A stretch of DNA of 64,000 bases from an uncultured Chloroflexia bacterium (GCA_963751345.1 CAVVUS010000049.1:1-64000), one strand, 5' to 3'; positions 30,847-42,764 are shown, counted from the stretch's first letter. A program made the numbers and translations. The notes: generated by a model not told the origin, from the letters alone.

Positions 30847-31912
30847 ATGACCGAAAACAAGACGGCGGCTACGACAATCGACAAGGATGATCTGATCGTT
30901 ATCACCGGGGCGGGGGGCTTCATCGCGGGCTCCCTGGCACGCTACTTCCACGATCAGGGCTTTACGCGCATCCGCGCGGTCGACAAGAAGCCCTTGCCCC
31001 AGTGGTATCAGCGTGTGCCCTGGCGTGGAGAGCTTGTGTCTCGACCTGAGCGAGGCGGACAACTGCGAACGTGCGGTCGAAGGGGCCAGGGAGGTCTACA
31101 ACCTTGCCGCAGACATGGGTGGGATGGGCTTCATTGAGCGTTTCCGGGTCGAGTGCCTCCGCAGCATCCTGATCAACACGCACATGGTGGAAGAGGCCTA
31201 TCGAGCCGGTGTTGATCGCTACTTCTATTCCTCTTCGGCCTGTGCTTACAACACCGACCTGCAGAAAGATCCGAACGTCCGTGCCCTGAAGGAGTCGGAC
31301 GCTTACCCGGCGATGGCGGAACGCGGATACGGGTGGGAGAAGTTGATGTCGGAGATGTTCTGCCAGGAGTACTGGGCGGAGCGTCATCTCAAGACCTTCA
31401 TCGCAAGGTTCCACAACGTCTACGGGCCTAACGGCACCTGGGACGGTGGACGTGAGAAGGCCCCCGCAGCACTCAGCCGGAAAGTGATCGAGGCCAAGGA
31501 GAGTGGCGACCTCGACATCACGATCTGGGGCGACGGCCATCAGACGCGCAGCTTCATGTACATCGACGACTGCGTCAAGGGCATCGACATGATCACGCAT
31601 TGCGATGATCTCATCGCGACCCCCATCAACCTGGGCTCGAGCGAGCTGATCTCCATCAATGACCTCGTGAGCCTGATTGAAGGGATCGCCGGGGTCGAGC
31701 TGGCGCGTCACTACGATCTCGACGCGCCGCGGGGCGTCGCCGGGCGCAACAGCGACAACACCTTCATCCAGCAGATGCTGGGGTGGGAGCCGAGCACGCC
31801 GCTGCAGGAGGGAATGCGGAAGACCTACGGTTGGATCGAGCAGCAGTACGCCGATCGTAAGGCCGGCAAGCACACGCCGGCAGGTGAGTCTGACTTCACG
31901 GGCGAGCCATGA
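30847..31912 (+). CDS. NAD-dependent epimerase, GDP-mannose 3,5-epimerase-like (frameshift near 31020)
   Basis: ITGAGGFIA, NLAADMGGMGFI, SSSACAY, YGWEKL, RFHNVYGP, GGREKAPAA, GRNSDN. Confidence 0.85.
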
Positions 31913-32742
31913 CCGTATCCGTCACGCGCGACATTGCGATAACCGACGTGGTCGGGCGGCTGCCCTACCGGATGGCCTTCGCCGGCGGCTGGATCGACCA
32001 GCCGTTTGTGTCGGAGCGCAACCCAGAACCGCCGGGCTCGATGGTGGTGGTCGCCATCGAGCCCACGTGTCGGTTCATGGACCGCTGTGGGATGGGCACG
32101 AGCACGCGGAAGGTGGCGGCCCGGCTGTGGGGTGATGTATTGCCCGATGGCGATCCCGCCGGTCTGGTGCGGGACCTGTATGCCGAGGAGAACCGTGGCC
32201 AGGCCGACCCATCCGGCTCTCAGGATATGATCGGGTTGGTCTACCCCGGGGTCAACCGTCTCGATTATGATGCCGAGCACGAGGGTGGTTTCTTCCCGGT
32301 CCACATCGAATCCAACAACGACCTTGGGGTCGCGCGTTGGTTGGAGAGCGTGATCTACATGGTGCCCATCGCCCAGAGGCCCGCAGGCTATAACCCTTTG
32401 GGTATCCGCAACCTGGACCCTGACTGGGTGCGACGCTTGGGTCAGACGGGACGCGACTGCTACGATGCGATCGTCGCCATGGATGCCCAGGCGCTCGGCG
32501 CCTCGATGAATGCGTGTATGCTGTGTTGGGAAACGCTGCTCCCTCACGTCGTGCGTCACCCGACCATCACCGTCGATCTGATGGCGATCCTGGCCTACTA
32601 CCAGGCACGGTACGCCGGGGCTATGTATTCCGGATGCGGCGGAGGGTATATCTATGTCGTATCCGAGGAGCCGGTGCCCGGCGCGCTGCAGGTGCGCGTC
32701 CGGACAGCGGGGAGCGGATCAGCGAATGGAACTGAAGCATAG
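31909..32742 (+). CDS. GHMP-kinase-like protein (HddA-like, divergent)
   Basis: PYRMAFAGGWIDQP, GMGTS, GSQD, SGCGGGY. Confidence 0.7.
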   Translation: MTVSVTRDIAITDVVGRLPYRMAFAGGWIDQPFVSERNPEPPGSMVVVAIEPTCRFMDRCGMGTSTRKVAARLWGDVLPDGDPAGLVRDLYAEENRGQADPSGSQDMIGLVYPGVNRLDYDAEHEGGFFPVHIESNNDLGVARWLESVIYMVPIAQRPAGYNPLGIRNLDPDWVRRLGQTGRDCYDAIVAMDAQALGASMNACMLCWETLLPHVVRHPTITVDLMAILAYYQARYAGAMYSGCGGGYIYVVSEEPVPGALQVRVRTAGSGSANGTEA

Positions 32743-32753
32743 GGAAACGGCGA

Positions 32754-33596
32754 ATGGAGAATGACAACCGACAACTAAGAACGGTCGTTGTCTCCGGCAG
32801 CTTCGACAATCTCGGGTCGCGAGACGTGCGGTTTCTCCAGGAGGCAGCCCGGCTCGGCCTGCTCCACGTGCAGGTGTGGTCGGATGGCGTGGTCAACGAG
32901 CTGACAGGCCATCCCCCCAAGTTCGGGCAGGAGGAGCGGTGGTATCTGCTGCAGGCTATGCGCTATGTCTCGCATCTGGCGATGGTGGAGGACCTGACGT
33001 CGCCCGACCGCCTCGTACTCGACGACGACGCTATGCCGTCGATATGGGTGGTCAGGGCGGCTGAGGCAACGGCTGCCAAGGAGCAGTTCTGCACGGCCCA
33101 TGGCATCGGTTACCGCGTTCTCGATGACGCTGCCTTGGCCGGCTTCCCGATGCCGCCGGTGCCGTCGGCCGAAGTTGGCTCGCCACACGAGAAGGTGATC
33201 GTCACCGGCTGTTACGACTGGCTTCATTCGGGGCATGTGCGATTCTTCGAGGAGGTCTCGGAGCTGGGTGATCTCTACGTTGCGGTCGGCAACGATACGA
33301 ACGTCCGCCATCTGAAGGGCCCCGGTCACCCGATGCTCTCGGAGGACGAGCGGACCTACATGGTGGGCTCCGTTCGCTACGTCACGCAAGCGGTTGTGAC
33401 GAAGGGGATGGGATGGATGGACGCAGCCCCGAACATCGACGAGATCCGGCCCGACATCTATGCGGTAAACGAGGATGGCGACGTGCCCGAGAAGGCCGCC
33501 TTCTGTGCGGAGCGAGGCCTGAAGTACGTCGTGCTCAAGCGAGAGCCAAAGGAAGGTCTGACGCGGCGGTCGAGCACCGCGCTCCGCGGGTTTTGA
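32754..33596 (+). CDS. Tandem cytidylyltransferase-like (RfaE domain II/TagD type) protein
   Basis: Domain 1 SGSFDNLGSRD (no HxGH); domain 2 TGCYDWLHSGH; C-terminal RSSTALR. Confidence 0.8.
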   Translation: MENDNRQLRTVVVSGSFDNLGSRDVRFLQEAARLGLLHVQVWSDGVVNELTGHPPKFGQEERWYLLQAMRYVSHLAMVEDLTSPDRLVLDDDAMPSIWVVRAAEATAAKEQFCTAHGIGYRVLDDAALAGFPMPPVPSAEVGSPHEKVIVTGCYDWLHSGHVRFFEEVSELGDLYVAVGNDTNVRHLKGPGHPMLSEDERTYMVGSVRYVTQAVVTKGMGWMDAAPNIDEIRPDIYAVNEDGDVPEKAAFCAERGLKYVVLKREPKEGLTRRSSTALRGF

Positions 33597-33600
33597 AAGG

Positions 33601-33640
33601 AACGTTGAAACGTTAGAACGTTCTAACGTTTCAACGTGTT
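33601..33640. repeat. Five 8-bp AACGTT-core tandem repeats
   Basis: AACGTTGA AACGTTAG AACGTTCT AACGTTTC AACGTGTT; the tract is self-complementary. Confidence 0.75.
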
Positions 33641-33650
33641 GTTGCTCCAT

Positions 33651-33679
33651 TTGTCCTCAATCGAAAACCTCACTATCAT
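33651..33679 (+). promoter_or_regulatory. Candidate promoter for the kinase locus
   Basis: TTGTCC-17 bp-TATCAT in an AT-rich gap before ATG 33718. Confidence 0.4.
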
Positions 33680-33717
33680 GTGTGCATAGCTCTGACTAAC
33701 ACACCATAGGGGCGACG

Positions 33718-35772
33718 ATGTCACAACCTGGCGAGCTCCTGCAGCAACGCTACCGGATCCTGGACCGGATCGGCGGGGGCGGGATGGGAACCGTCTACCT
33801 GGCGGAGGATGGCCGTCTGCAGGGACGCCGGTGTGCGATCAAGGAGATGTCGCCCGCCGCGCTTGCCCCCTCAGGACCGCGAGTGGTCCATCGATGCCTT
33901 TCGCCAGGAAGCCCAACTGCTGGCCAAACTCCACCACCCAGGCCTGACGGCAGTGACCGACTTCTTCGGCGAGAGCGGCAACTGGTACTTGGTGATGGAC
34001 TACGTGGAGGGGGAGACGCTGGAGACACGGCTGGCGTCCGCACCTGGGGGGACGTTCGCGGTGCCGGAGGCGCTGCGGGTGGCGCGGCAGTTGGTGGAAG
34101 TGCTGAACTACCTGCACACGCAGCCGACGCAGGTGATCTTCCGGGATCTGAAGCCGAGCAACGTGATGTGCATGGCGGACGGTCAGATCAAGCTGATCGA
34201 CTTCGGGATCGCGCGGTTCTTCAAGCCGGGGAAGGCGCAGGACACGGCATTGTTGGGGACGCCGGGGTATGCAGCGCCGGAGCAGTACGGGGGGATGGGG
34301 CAGAGCGACGCGCGGACGGACATCTACAGCTTCGGGGTATTGCTGAACCGGATGGTGACGGGGTTCGACCCGACCACGGCGGTGAGCCCGTTTCCGATCC
34401 CGGACCCGCGGGAGACGATGCCGTGGATTCCGGAGCAGGTAGCGCACGTGATCGTGAGGGCGACGCAGATGCGACCGGAGGAGCGGTACGGGAGCATCGC
34501 GGAGCTGGCGGCGGACCTGGCGACGCCGTCGCACCCCTTGCCGATGAGAACACGGACGGAGGTGATGCCGCCGCCTAGTGGAGGCACGCCCCCACTCAGT
34601 GGCAGTACGTCCCCCGGTGGCCAACAGCGATCGTTGCGCGCCGGATCACAGCCGGTGGGCCCCCAACCGGGGAGTTGGTCACAGCCGACCGGTTCGCAGG
34701 CAGGTGGCGGGGTGCCCCCAAGCGGTGGATCTTCCGCCTAGCGGCAGCCGGCCGCGGGCGGGACGAGAGCGCTCGGCGACCATCTGGTACGTGCTGGGCA
34801 TCGCGGGATTTGCGCTCCTCCTCTGTGCAGGGCGTCTCGATCGTCGCGGTCGCGCAGGGCATCATCCCGCTCCCCACCTTTCTCAGGACCACTACGACAC
34901 CCGCTGCGACCCGCGTCATTACCGGCGACGCTGAGACGCCCACGGCACCAACCAAAACTGCGACTCCGGAGGGACCGATGGCGCAGGAGCTCTCGACCGA
35001 GACGCCTACCGTCGATGCAACGGAGCCCCCACCAACAGCCACGCCGGTGGACGAGGCGGCGGTCCGAGCCACCGCCGAGGCCGATCGTCTTGCCGGCCTT
35101 CGCTACCGGCCGCAGAACGGGCAGCCGTTTATGGCCTACCGGCCTCCGAGCCCGATTGTCGTGGATGGCCAACTCGACGAATGGGACGGGGTGTCGTCGT
35201 ATCCGGTCGACGCCCTGGTCTACGAGGCGACGCCCGGCAATTGGTATGGCGCGAGCGATCTCTCGGGATCGGCGCAGGTGGCGTGGGATGAGGCTCACCT
35301 CTATCTGGCCGTCAGGGTCGTCGACGACGTTCACGTCCAGACCCAGACGGGGGATGCGATCTTTAGAGGTGACGAGGTCGAGATCCAGATCGACGCGAAT
35401 CTCCAGGGTGACTACGATGTCGCCGAGTTGTCGAGCGACGATGGCCAGATCGGGCTCTCTCCGGGTGATTTTGCCGGCATCGCGCCCGAGGCCTACATCT
35501 ACCGACCGCCCAGCCTGGAGCAGCCGGGCACGATGATCGGCGTCGCGGCGCTGGCGCTCCCTGACGGCTATATCCTGGAGGCCGCGATCCCCTGGGCGGT
35601 GCTGGGTGGCTTCCCCGGCAGTGGCGGCGCGGTGGGGTTCTGTCTGAGCTTGAGCGACGACGACAGCCCTGGGGTTGCCGAGCAGCAGACCTTGGTGTCG
35701 TCTTCGCCGAACCGTACGTGGCCCGATCCGACGACGTGGGGCACGCTCGTCTTGATGGATCAACCTAACTGA
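33718..35772 (+). CDS. Receptor Ser/Thr kinase 1: kinase-TM-P/T linker-CBM9/DOMON-like sugar-binding domain (frameshifts near 33870, 34730, 34830)
   Basis: IGGGGMGTVY, AIKE, FRDLKPSN, DFG, GTPGYAAPEQY; TM IWYVLGIAGFALLLCAGVSIVAV; IVVDGQLDEW...WDEAHLYLAVRVVDD...GYILEAAIPW. Confidence 0.85.
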
Positions 35773-35820
35773 TACATCAGTTGGATGCATCAGTTTGCGG
35801 AAGGAGACAGGGGGACGGAC

Positions 35821-37586
35821 ATGAGCTCGGGCGAGCGAGGGGTCGTGCTCTCGCGGCGGCAGTTTCTGGCAGGTGTGGCGGCTCTGGCTGCCTCCTCGCT
35901 GGCCGAGGCCCTGGCCGGGTGCACGCCTCAGCTCGACGAGCCCGCTCCCGGCCAGGTCATCCCTGAACCGTCGTCGACGTCTCGCCCGACTCCCGATCCG
36001 GTGCCATCTCCCACGGCTGCTCCGACCCTGGCGCCAAGCCCGACTGCGGATCCGGACCTGCCGCGTTTTGATGACTCAACGCTCACGCCGGTCTACGTCG
36101 CCCACGACGCCACGGCGCAGGGGTACCCTGCGCTCGTGCCTTTCGATCCCGACAGCGCCTATCCCGAGTTGCCTTACGCACCGGGCGCACTGACCCAGCA
36201 AAACGACGCCTACCGGCTGGTCCGCGACGCATTGCGCCTTCTCCACCCGGAGGGCTTCGGCAAGCCGGAGTGGAACCCGTTGGGGGGCGTGATCAAGCCG
36301 GGCGACGTGGTCTTGATCAAGCCCAACCTCGTCGACGGCTCCCAATGGGCAAACGGACAGACGACGCATCCGGCACACCTGCGCCCGATCGTCGATTACG
36401 CTTTCAAGGCGTGCGGCCCCACAGGACAGATCCTCATCGGCGACGGGCCGTGGGCCGTCGACGTCTTCGACAGCGTGGTCTCCGTCACCGGTATCCGCGA
36501 CATGGTGGCGACGCTGGCCCGCGACCACGGCGTGCCCGTGGCGCTGGCCGATTTCAACCAGCCCGGCCCCGACGCGTCTCCACTCGTCGACCTGGGTGAG
36601 CTCTCCGAGCTCCACGGGGTCGACCGGGTGTGGTATGACGGGCACGGCAGTGTGCTCTACGCCGGTGGAGACCCCGGCATCGGCAGCTACCGCATCGCGC
36701 AGCCCGTGCTCCAGGCCGACGTGGTGATCTCCGCTCCGAAGGCCAAGGTGCATTGCTCGGGCGGCATCACCGTCGCGATGAAGAACATGGTCGGCCTCAT
36801 CCCGGCGTGGGACGGGCCGCACGGCGACGGGCAGCTCAAGGAGTGCGCGCACACCAACGACGTCGATCAGGCTGCCGGGAAGCGCGGCATGTATCTCGAT
36901 AATGATACTATCTGGCGGTCGATGGCGGATCTCAACCGCATTCTGCTCTACGCCGATGCCGAGGGCACGATTGGCGCCCGCCCGTCAGCGGGGTTACTTG
37001 GCGATCGTCGACGCGATCGTGGCGGCAGAGGCCAGCCAATACGACCCCGTCCCGCATCCACTGGGCGCTGTCATCGTCGGGACCGACCCGGTCTCCGTCG
37101 ACGCGGTGACGTGCCCGCTGTATGGGGTTCGATCCTCGCAGGCTGAAGTCGGTCGTCAACGTGGCCCGGCGCCAGGACCACCCCCTGGGCACTGCGGATC
37201 CCGCCCGCGTCAGGGTCGTGGTTTCCGAAGGGGAGACGCTCAGCAGCGCCTTCCGCGAGGCGCTCCAACCCGAGCTCTACGTCTACTCGTGGGCAGGATC
37301 GCTGGAGGCGACGGACTTCGATCCACCGGAGCTTCTCACGTCGGGATGGGATCCCGGCGGCGGCCTCTTGCACGTGCGGCTGCGCGATCTTTCGGGCGTG
37401 GCGTGGGTTCGGGCGTCGTATACGGTCGACGGCGAGCGACGCATGAAAGCGCTCGCCCTGGTCGACGGCTCACCCGGCGAGGGGGAGTGGGCGGTCTCCT
37501 TCCCGTTGGGCGCCGAGGTCCAGCAGATCGACCTGGCGGCGGGGGACGCGGTGTTCAACGAGCAGTCGCAGATCATCACGTGGTAG
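35821..37586 (+). CDS. Tat-exported DUF362-domain protein with C-terminal Ig-like part (frameshifts near 36985, 37120)
   Basis: SRRQFL Tat motif, GDVVLIKPNLV, TTHP, PKAKVH, ITVAMKNMVG, GTDPVSVDA. Confidence 0.8.
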
Positions 37587-37600
37587 GTCGAGGTCGTTGT

Positions 37601-37694
37601 CGTAGAGACGTGCCGGTGGCACGTCTCCGGACGGAGATGAATGGTCGCGACAGGACCTCCGCGTCCGCAGACGCCCCACCGGGGCGTCTCTACG
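37601..37694. repeat. GTAG-type REP doublet
   Basis: GTAGAGACGTGCCggtGGCACGTCTC ... AGACGCCCCaccGGGGCGTCTCTAC. Confidence 0.8.
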
Positions 37695-37739
37695 AAAGAA
37701 CAATACGCGCTGAGGTAAACCAGTGAGGGAGACACCGGC

Positions 37740-39822
37740 ATGATGCAAGCGGGCGCAATGCTCCAGAATCGCTACCGGATCCTCGACCGCATCGGCGGGG
37801 GAGGGATGGGGACGGTCTATCTGGCGGAGGACAGCCGTCTGCAGGGACGCCGGTGCGCGATCAAGGAGATGTCGCCTGCCGCGCTGGCTCCCCAGGACCG
37901 CGAGTGGTCGATCGAAGCCTTCCGCCAGGAAGCCCAACTGCTGGCCAAACTCCACCATCCCGGCCTCACCGCGGTGACGGACTTCTTCGGCGAGAGCGGG
38001 AACTGGTACCTGGTGATGGACTACGTGGAGGGGGAGACGCTGGAGAAGCGGCTGGCGATGGCGCCGGGAGGGACGTTCTCCGTGCCGGAGGCGCTGCGGG
38101 TGGCGCGGCAGGTCGTGGAGGTGCTGAACTACCTGCACACACAGCCGACGCAGGTGATCTTCCGGGATCTGAAGCCGAGCAACGTGATGTGCACGGCGGA
38201 GGGGCAGATCAAGCTGATCGACTTCGGGATCGCGCGGTTCTTCAAGCCGGGGAAGGTGCAGGACACGGCGTTGTTGGGGACGCCGGGGTATGCGGCGCCG
38301 GAGCAGTACGGGGGGATGGGGCAGAGCGACGCGCGGACGGACATCTACAGCTTCGGGGTGTTGCTGAACCGGATGGTGACGGGGTTCGACCCGACGACGG
38401 CGGTGAGCCCGTTCCCGATTCCGGACCCGCGGGAGACGATGCCGTGGATTCCGGAGCAGGTAGCGCACGTGATCGTGAGAGCGACGCAGATGCGACCGGA
38501 GGAGCGGTACGGGAGCATTGCGGAGATGGCGGCAGGACCTGGCGACGCCGTCGCACCCTTTGCCGATGGGGACGCACACGGAGGTAATGGCGCCACGCAG
38601 TGGCGGTACGCCGCCACACAGTGGTGGTATGCCCACCGGCAGCAGGGTGCCCTCGAGTGGCGGTCTGCCGCCGAGTGGAGGGTTGCCGCAGAACGTGCGC
38701 GTGCAGCCCACGCCCCGGCGTTCCGCGGGGATCTGGATTGGGTTAGGGATCGCGGGGGTGATCGTCGTCTCTTGTGGCGGCCTCTCGCTCTTCGCCCTCT
38801 CCCAGGGTCTCATCCGGTTTCCCACGCTCGCGCGGTCCACTGACACGCCGACCGCGACCCTCGCATCTCAGGGCGATCCCCCCACGGGCACTCCCGATAG
38901 CCCTACGTCCCAGCCGCAGCCGACGTCAGAGACGGTCACTACAGTGCCGGTTGACGTCGTTGTAGCGCAGTCTACGTCGACGCCGACAGTGGCTCCCGTA
39001 CCCACGGTGACGCCGAAGCCTCGACCACCTCGCCTGGCCTACGTCACGGGCAACGTGGGGAACACGGACGTCTACGTGGCCGACGCCGATGGGCAGAATC
39101 CAACGTGCGTAGCGTGTGCCGCGTGTGATGAGGCGGAGCCCGCATGGGCGCCGGATGGCCGGACGCTCGCATATCAGTCCAACTGCGACGGGCAGCTATG
39201 ACATCTGGATCGTCGGGCGCGCCGGGCCGCGCCGCGCAGCGACTGACGCGGACGTGCGAACGTGGACGAGCGTGAGCCCGACTGGTCGCCTGATGGGACG
39301 CAGATCGTCTATCGATGCATCGCCCCTGGACGTGGCGCGCAATGAGGATGGTGAGCTGAGGTTGATCAGCCGCGATGGCTCCGCGGGACGCGGGCCTGGG
39401 CATCCAGGGGCGTTCTCCCGTCTGGTCGCCCGATGGCAGCAGACTGGTCTTTATGTCGCAGCGCGATGGAAGCTGGCAGATCTACGCCTACGAGTTTGGC
39501 AGCCGCCAGACGCACAAGATAACCGGTTGTACGGCCAACTGCCGCTGGCCCGGCCTGGTCGCCCGACGGCACTGCTGTGATCTACCACGCGACGACCGGG
39601 CCCGGCAGTGTGACTGCCGACGCTATCTGGTCCACGCCGCTGAGTGGGGGCGGAGGGATACAGGTGGTCAGCGGTATGCACGCCGGCAGGCCAAGTTGGT
39701 CGAGCGAGGGGTCGATTGTCTTTAACTCAGACAACGGGATCGAGGTTGTGACGGCGCAGGGCCAGGGGCGTCGTACTCTCATCGGGGGCGATGCGAACTG
39801 GGCCCCCGTGTGGTCCAGGTAG
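37740..39822 (+). CDS. Receptor Ser/Thr kinase 2: kinase-TM-P/T linker-TolB/PD40 beta-propeller (several frameshifts)
   Basis: Kinase domain near-identical to kinase 1; TM IWIGLGIAGVIVVSCGGLSLFAL; repeats EPAWAPDG, SPVWSPDG, RPSWSSEG, APVWSR. Confidence 0.85.
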
Positions 39823-39850
39823 GCTGCTCAGGTGGGGGATTGGGGGCGTT

Positions 39851-41270
39851 ATGAAGACCGCTTCTAGGAAAGAGATCACGTTAGGGCTGCTCATTGGGTT
39901 GGGCATCGGTATCCCTGCCCTTGTGCTGGCGCTGCTTCTGTCCCGCGCCGGCTCGGAGTCCGGCCAGGATGCTGCGACGGCGACGATCGCACCAGTGGCT
40001 GTGCCGTTCGATCTGCCGACCCCCACCGGCTCCGCGACAGCGTTGGGAACGCCCGCTCCCGTCGGATTGACCGGCACCCTCACGCCGGAGGGGTCGGAGT
40101 TGCCGACGCCGGGCGTCGTCACGCATACGGTTGAAGCGGGGGAAACCCTTGGGGGCATTGCCCTGGACTACGACGTTTCTCTTGAGGACCTTATTGCAGC
40201 CAACGACATCGAGAATCCCGACTTTGTCTCCATCGGTGAGATATTGACGATCCCGGTCACCTCGACGGTTACTCAGCCGACGGTTGAGCCAGGGGAGTCC
40301 GGAGCGACGGAATTCCCAACGCAGACGCTGAGCATCGCGCCGCCGCCGTCGGTCACGCTGGAGATCGTCTCTGCCGGTTACCCGGCAATAATGGAGGGTG
40401 ACCTCGACGCAGCGTACCCTTCGGTCGCCGCGTCAAGTCGCTTTGACGTTCACACCACGCCGGATACCTACCCGGAGGCCGATCTGCCGAACGTCACGGC
40501 GATGCTTTCCAGGGCGTTGACGCATATCGAGACGACGCTTGATGCACACATGGACGAGTCCTTCGACGTCTACGTCGCCGGCTCGCTCTTCGAGCCGCCG
40601 GATCAGGAACTGCGGGGACGGAGTTTCTCGGCGTCCCGTCGTTACTTTTTCCTCCACGACGGTACGGGGAATCCCGCCGATCAGCAGTACATTGCGACCC
40701 ACGAGATGACGCACGTCTTCGCCTGGAACGTCTTTGGTCGCCCGGTCTCGGCCATGCTCAGCGAGGGCGTGGCGGTCTACACCGGGATGACGGCGATCGA
40801 GGGGTCGGATCACGTGTCGTCCCAGGCGTTCTGTCGCGCCTACCAGGTCGGCGGAGAGCTCCCGCGCGTGTCCTCCACCTTGCTTTTCGAGGGCCACATC
40901 CGCGATCTGGCGAATTACTACGCCGCCGGGTGTTTCGTACAGTACTTGATCGAGACCTACGGGCACAGAGAAGTTCGGCGAGCTCTACCCCACGGGAGAC
41001 TATGCCAGGGCCTACGGGAAATCGCTCACCGCCCTGGAGAGTGAGTGGCGGGCGGCACTTCAGGCCAGCACCGTCGATCCGGTGCTCGACCCGGACCGTC
41101 TTCTCGCGGCAACCGAGGCGGTCGCCGATGCCTATGATGAACTCCTGACGGGATTCAGTGCCGACGATGCGGCCTGGCAGTCTTACCTCGAGATTGATGC
41201 GGCGCGGATCGCCCTGCTTGAGGGGCGCTTCGATGACGTGGATCTATACCTCGCTAAGGCAGACCTATGA
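39851..41270 (+). CDS. Membrane-anchored LysM + gluzincin (peptidase MA-like) protein (frameshift near 40965)
   Basis: N-terminal TM, HTVEAGETLGGIA...ANDI LysM, HEMTH...SEGVA zinc motif. Confidence 0.8.
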
Positions 41271-41304
41271 AGCACACATACTCCATCCTCGCCAGGAGGC
41301 CACG

Positions 41305-42204
41305 ATGAGATGTCCGCACTGCAATACTGAGAACCGCCCCGGCGCCCGTTTCTGCGGGCACTGTGGGCAACCCTTGGAGGCGGAAGCTCCTGAGACGCTG
41401 ACGTGCCCGACGTGTGGTGCCTCGGTCAAGCCGGGAGCGCGCTTCTGCCCGCGATGCGGCAGCGATCTGTCCGTCACCTCTCGCAGCCCCGGCGCCCGAG
41501 AGTGCCGAGCGCCGAGCCACCGCGGGGCACCGGCGCCGTCGTGCGTGCCTGGACCTCGAGTTCCGGATGGCGCCCGCACCCTATGTGGGGGCTTCCCTCT
41601 GAGCCCGGAGGCCCACGCCGTTTAAGAGGAGCCCCCGGGCTCTCAGGCACCATCGCCTCCCGTCGGACGGCGCCGGCGGCCGATGTGGCCCCTGGCGATC
41701 GTCGCGGCGCTGCTGTCTGGCCTGGTGCTTCTCTGTGTGATCGTGGCGGTCGCCGTCGGCCCCGCCTTCGGGGAGACGGTGCCGCCTCCGCCGACGGCGG
41801 ACCCCAACACCCCGGACATCACGATCACGGTCGAGGAGGACTACATCAGCAGCGTGATTGCCGATGCGCTTCCGGCTGCCCTCGCGGGCGACGCCGTCCT
41901 GGACGTGCAGCCGGACAACTTGATGGTGATGACGATGAACTTCAGTCTGGTGTTCGTCAGGTTGGAGGTCGTCGTCACCTCGAAGGTCTCCGTCGAGTCA
42001 GGGCGGATCAACGTGGCGGTCGAGAGCATCGAGACGGGCGGCCAGGATATTCTGGGCCTCTTGGGAATGGATGAGGTCTCGTTGGGACAGAATGTCACTG
42101 ACACGATACAGCACGGCCTCGAGGGCGAGTTGGGCGCGGGTGCCCATTTGCTGAGTATCACGACCGACGACCAACATGTGATCCTGACCGCGAGGTGGGA
42201 CTGA
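41305..42204 (+). CDS. Double zinc ribbon-Pro linker-TM-extracellular domain (LmeA/DUF2993-like, tentative); frameshifted in linker
   Basis: AGGAGG RBS; CPHC..CGHC, CPTC..CPRC; RRRRPMWPLAIVAALL TM; domain homologous to the next gene. Confidence 0.65.
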
Positions 42205-42205
42205 T

Positions 42206-42763
42206 ATGATGACCAAGTTGGTACGCAATCCGTTGGCGATGGTCCTGGTCGGTGCTGCCTTGGGTATCCTTGGCGGTGTCGTGCTGGGTGGGGTGCTTCT
42301 GTTGCTGCTTAACGTCGGGCCGACGGAGCTGGCTGCAGCGCCGGTCGCCACCTCCTACGATATCGAGGCAGTGGTGGAGGAGGACTACATCAACCGGATC
42401 ATGGTGGAGAATGCCAACAGCATGACCGGCCCGGTGACGCTCGTCGCGGGGCATCTGGACCTTCGTCCCGGCGCCGTGGCCGACTTCGTCGTCCAGATCA
42501 AGCTGGGCCCGCTGCAGCCGGTGGTCGACGGCACCGTGGGCTTCGTCGCCACCGATGATGGGTCGAGCATCGAGGTGCAACTGCTCGACGTGAAGATGGG
42601 GCGGCTCAGGCTCAACCGCCTCGTCCCATCCGGCGCGCTGGACGACGTGAACGCCGACATCAAGCGGCTCCTGATCGATAGGATTGGCTCGCAGGGGCTG
42701 ATCGTCCTGGACGTCCAGAGCGACGATACGTCACTGCGACTCCATTTCGGGAGGGGTCTCTAG
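42206..42763 (+). CDS. Membrane-anchored paralogue of the preceding extracellular domain
   Basis: N-terminal TM; DIEAVVEEDYINRI versus DITITVEEDYISSV; C-terminal DVQSDD versus SITTDD. Confidence 0.75.
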   Translation: MMTKLVRNPLAMVLVGAALGILGGVVLGGVLLLLLNVGPTELAAAPVATSYDIEAVVEEDYINRIMVENANSMTGPVTLVAGHLDLRPGAVADFVVQIKLGPLQPVVDGTVGFVATDDGSSIEVQLLDVKMGRLRLNRLVPSGALDDVNADIKRLLIDRIGSQGLIVLDVQSDDTSLRLHFGRGL

Positions 42764-42764
42764 G

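Noticed and set aside
33745-38570. Diversity-generating retroelement TR/VR pair
   Set aside because: No reverse transcriptase in the window; both copies are coding and differences are not confined to adenines
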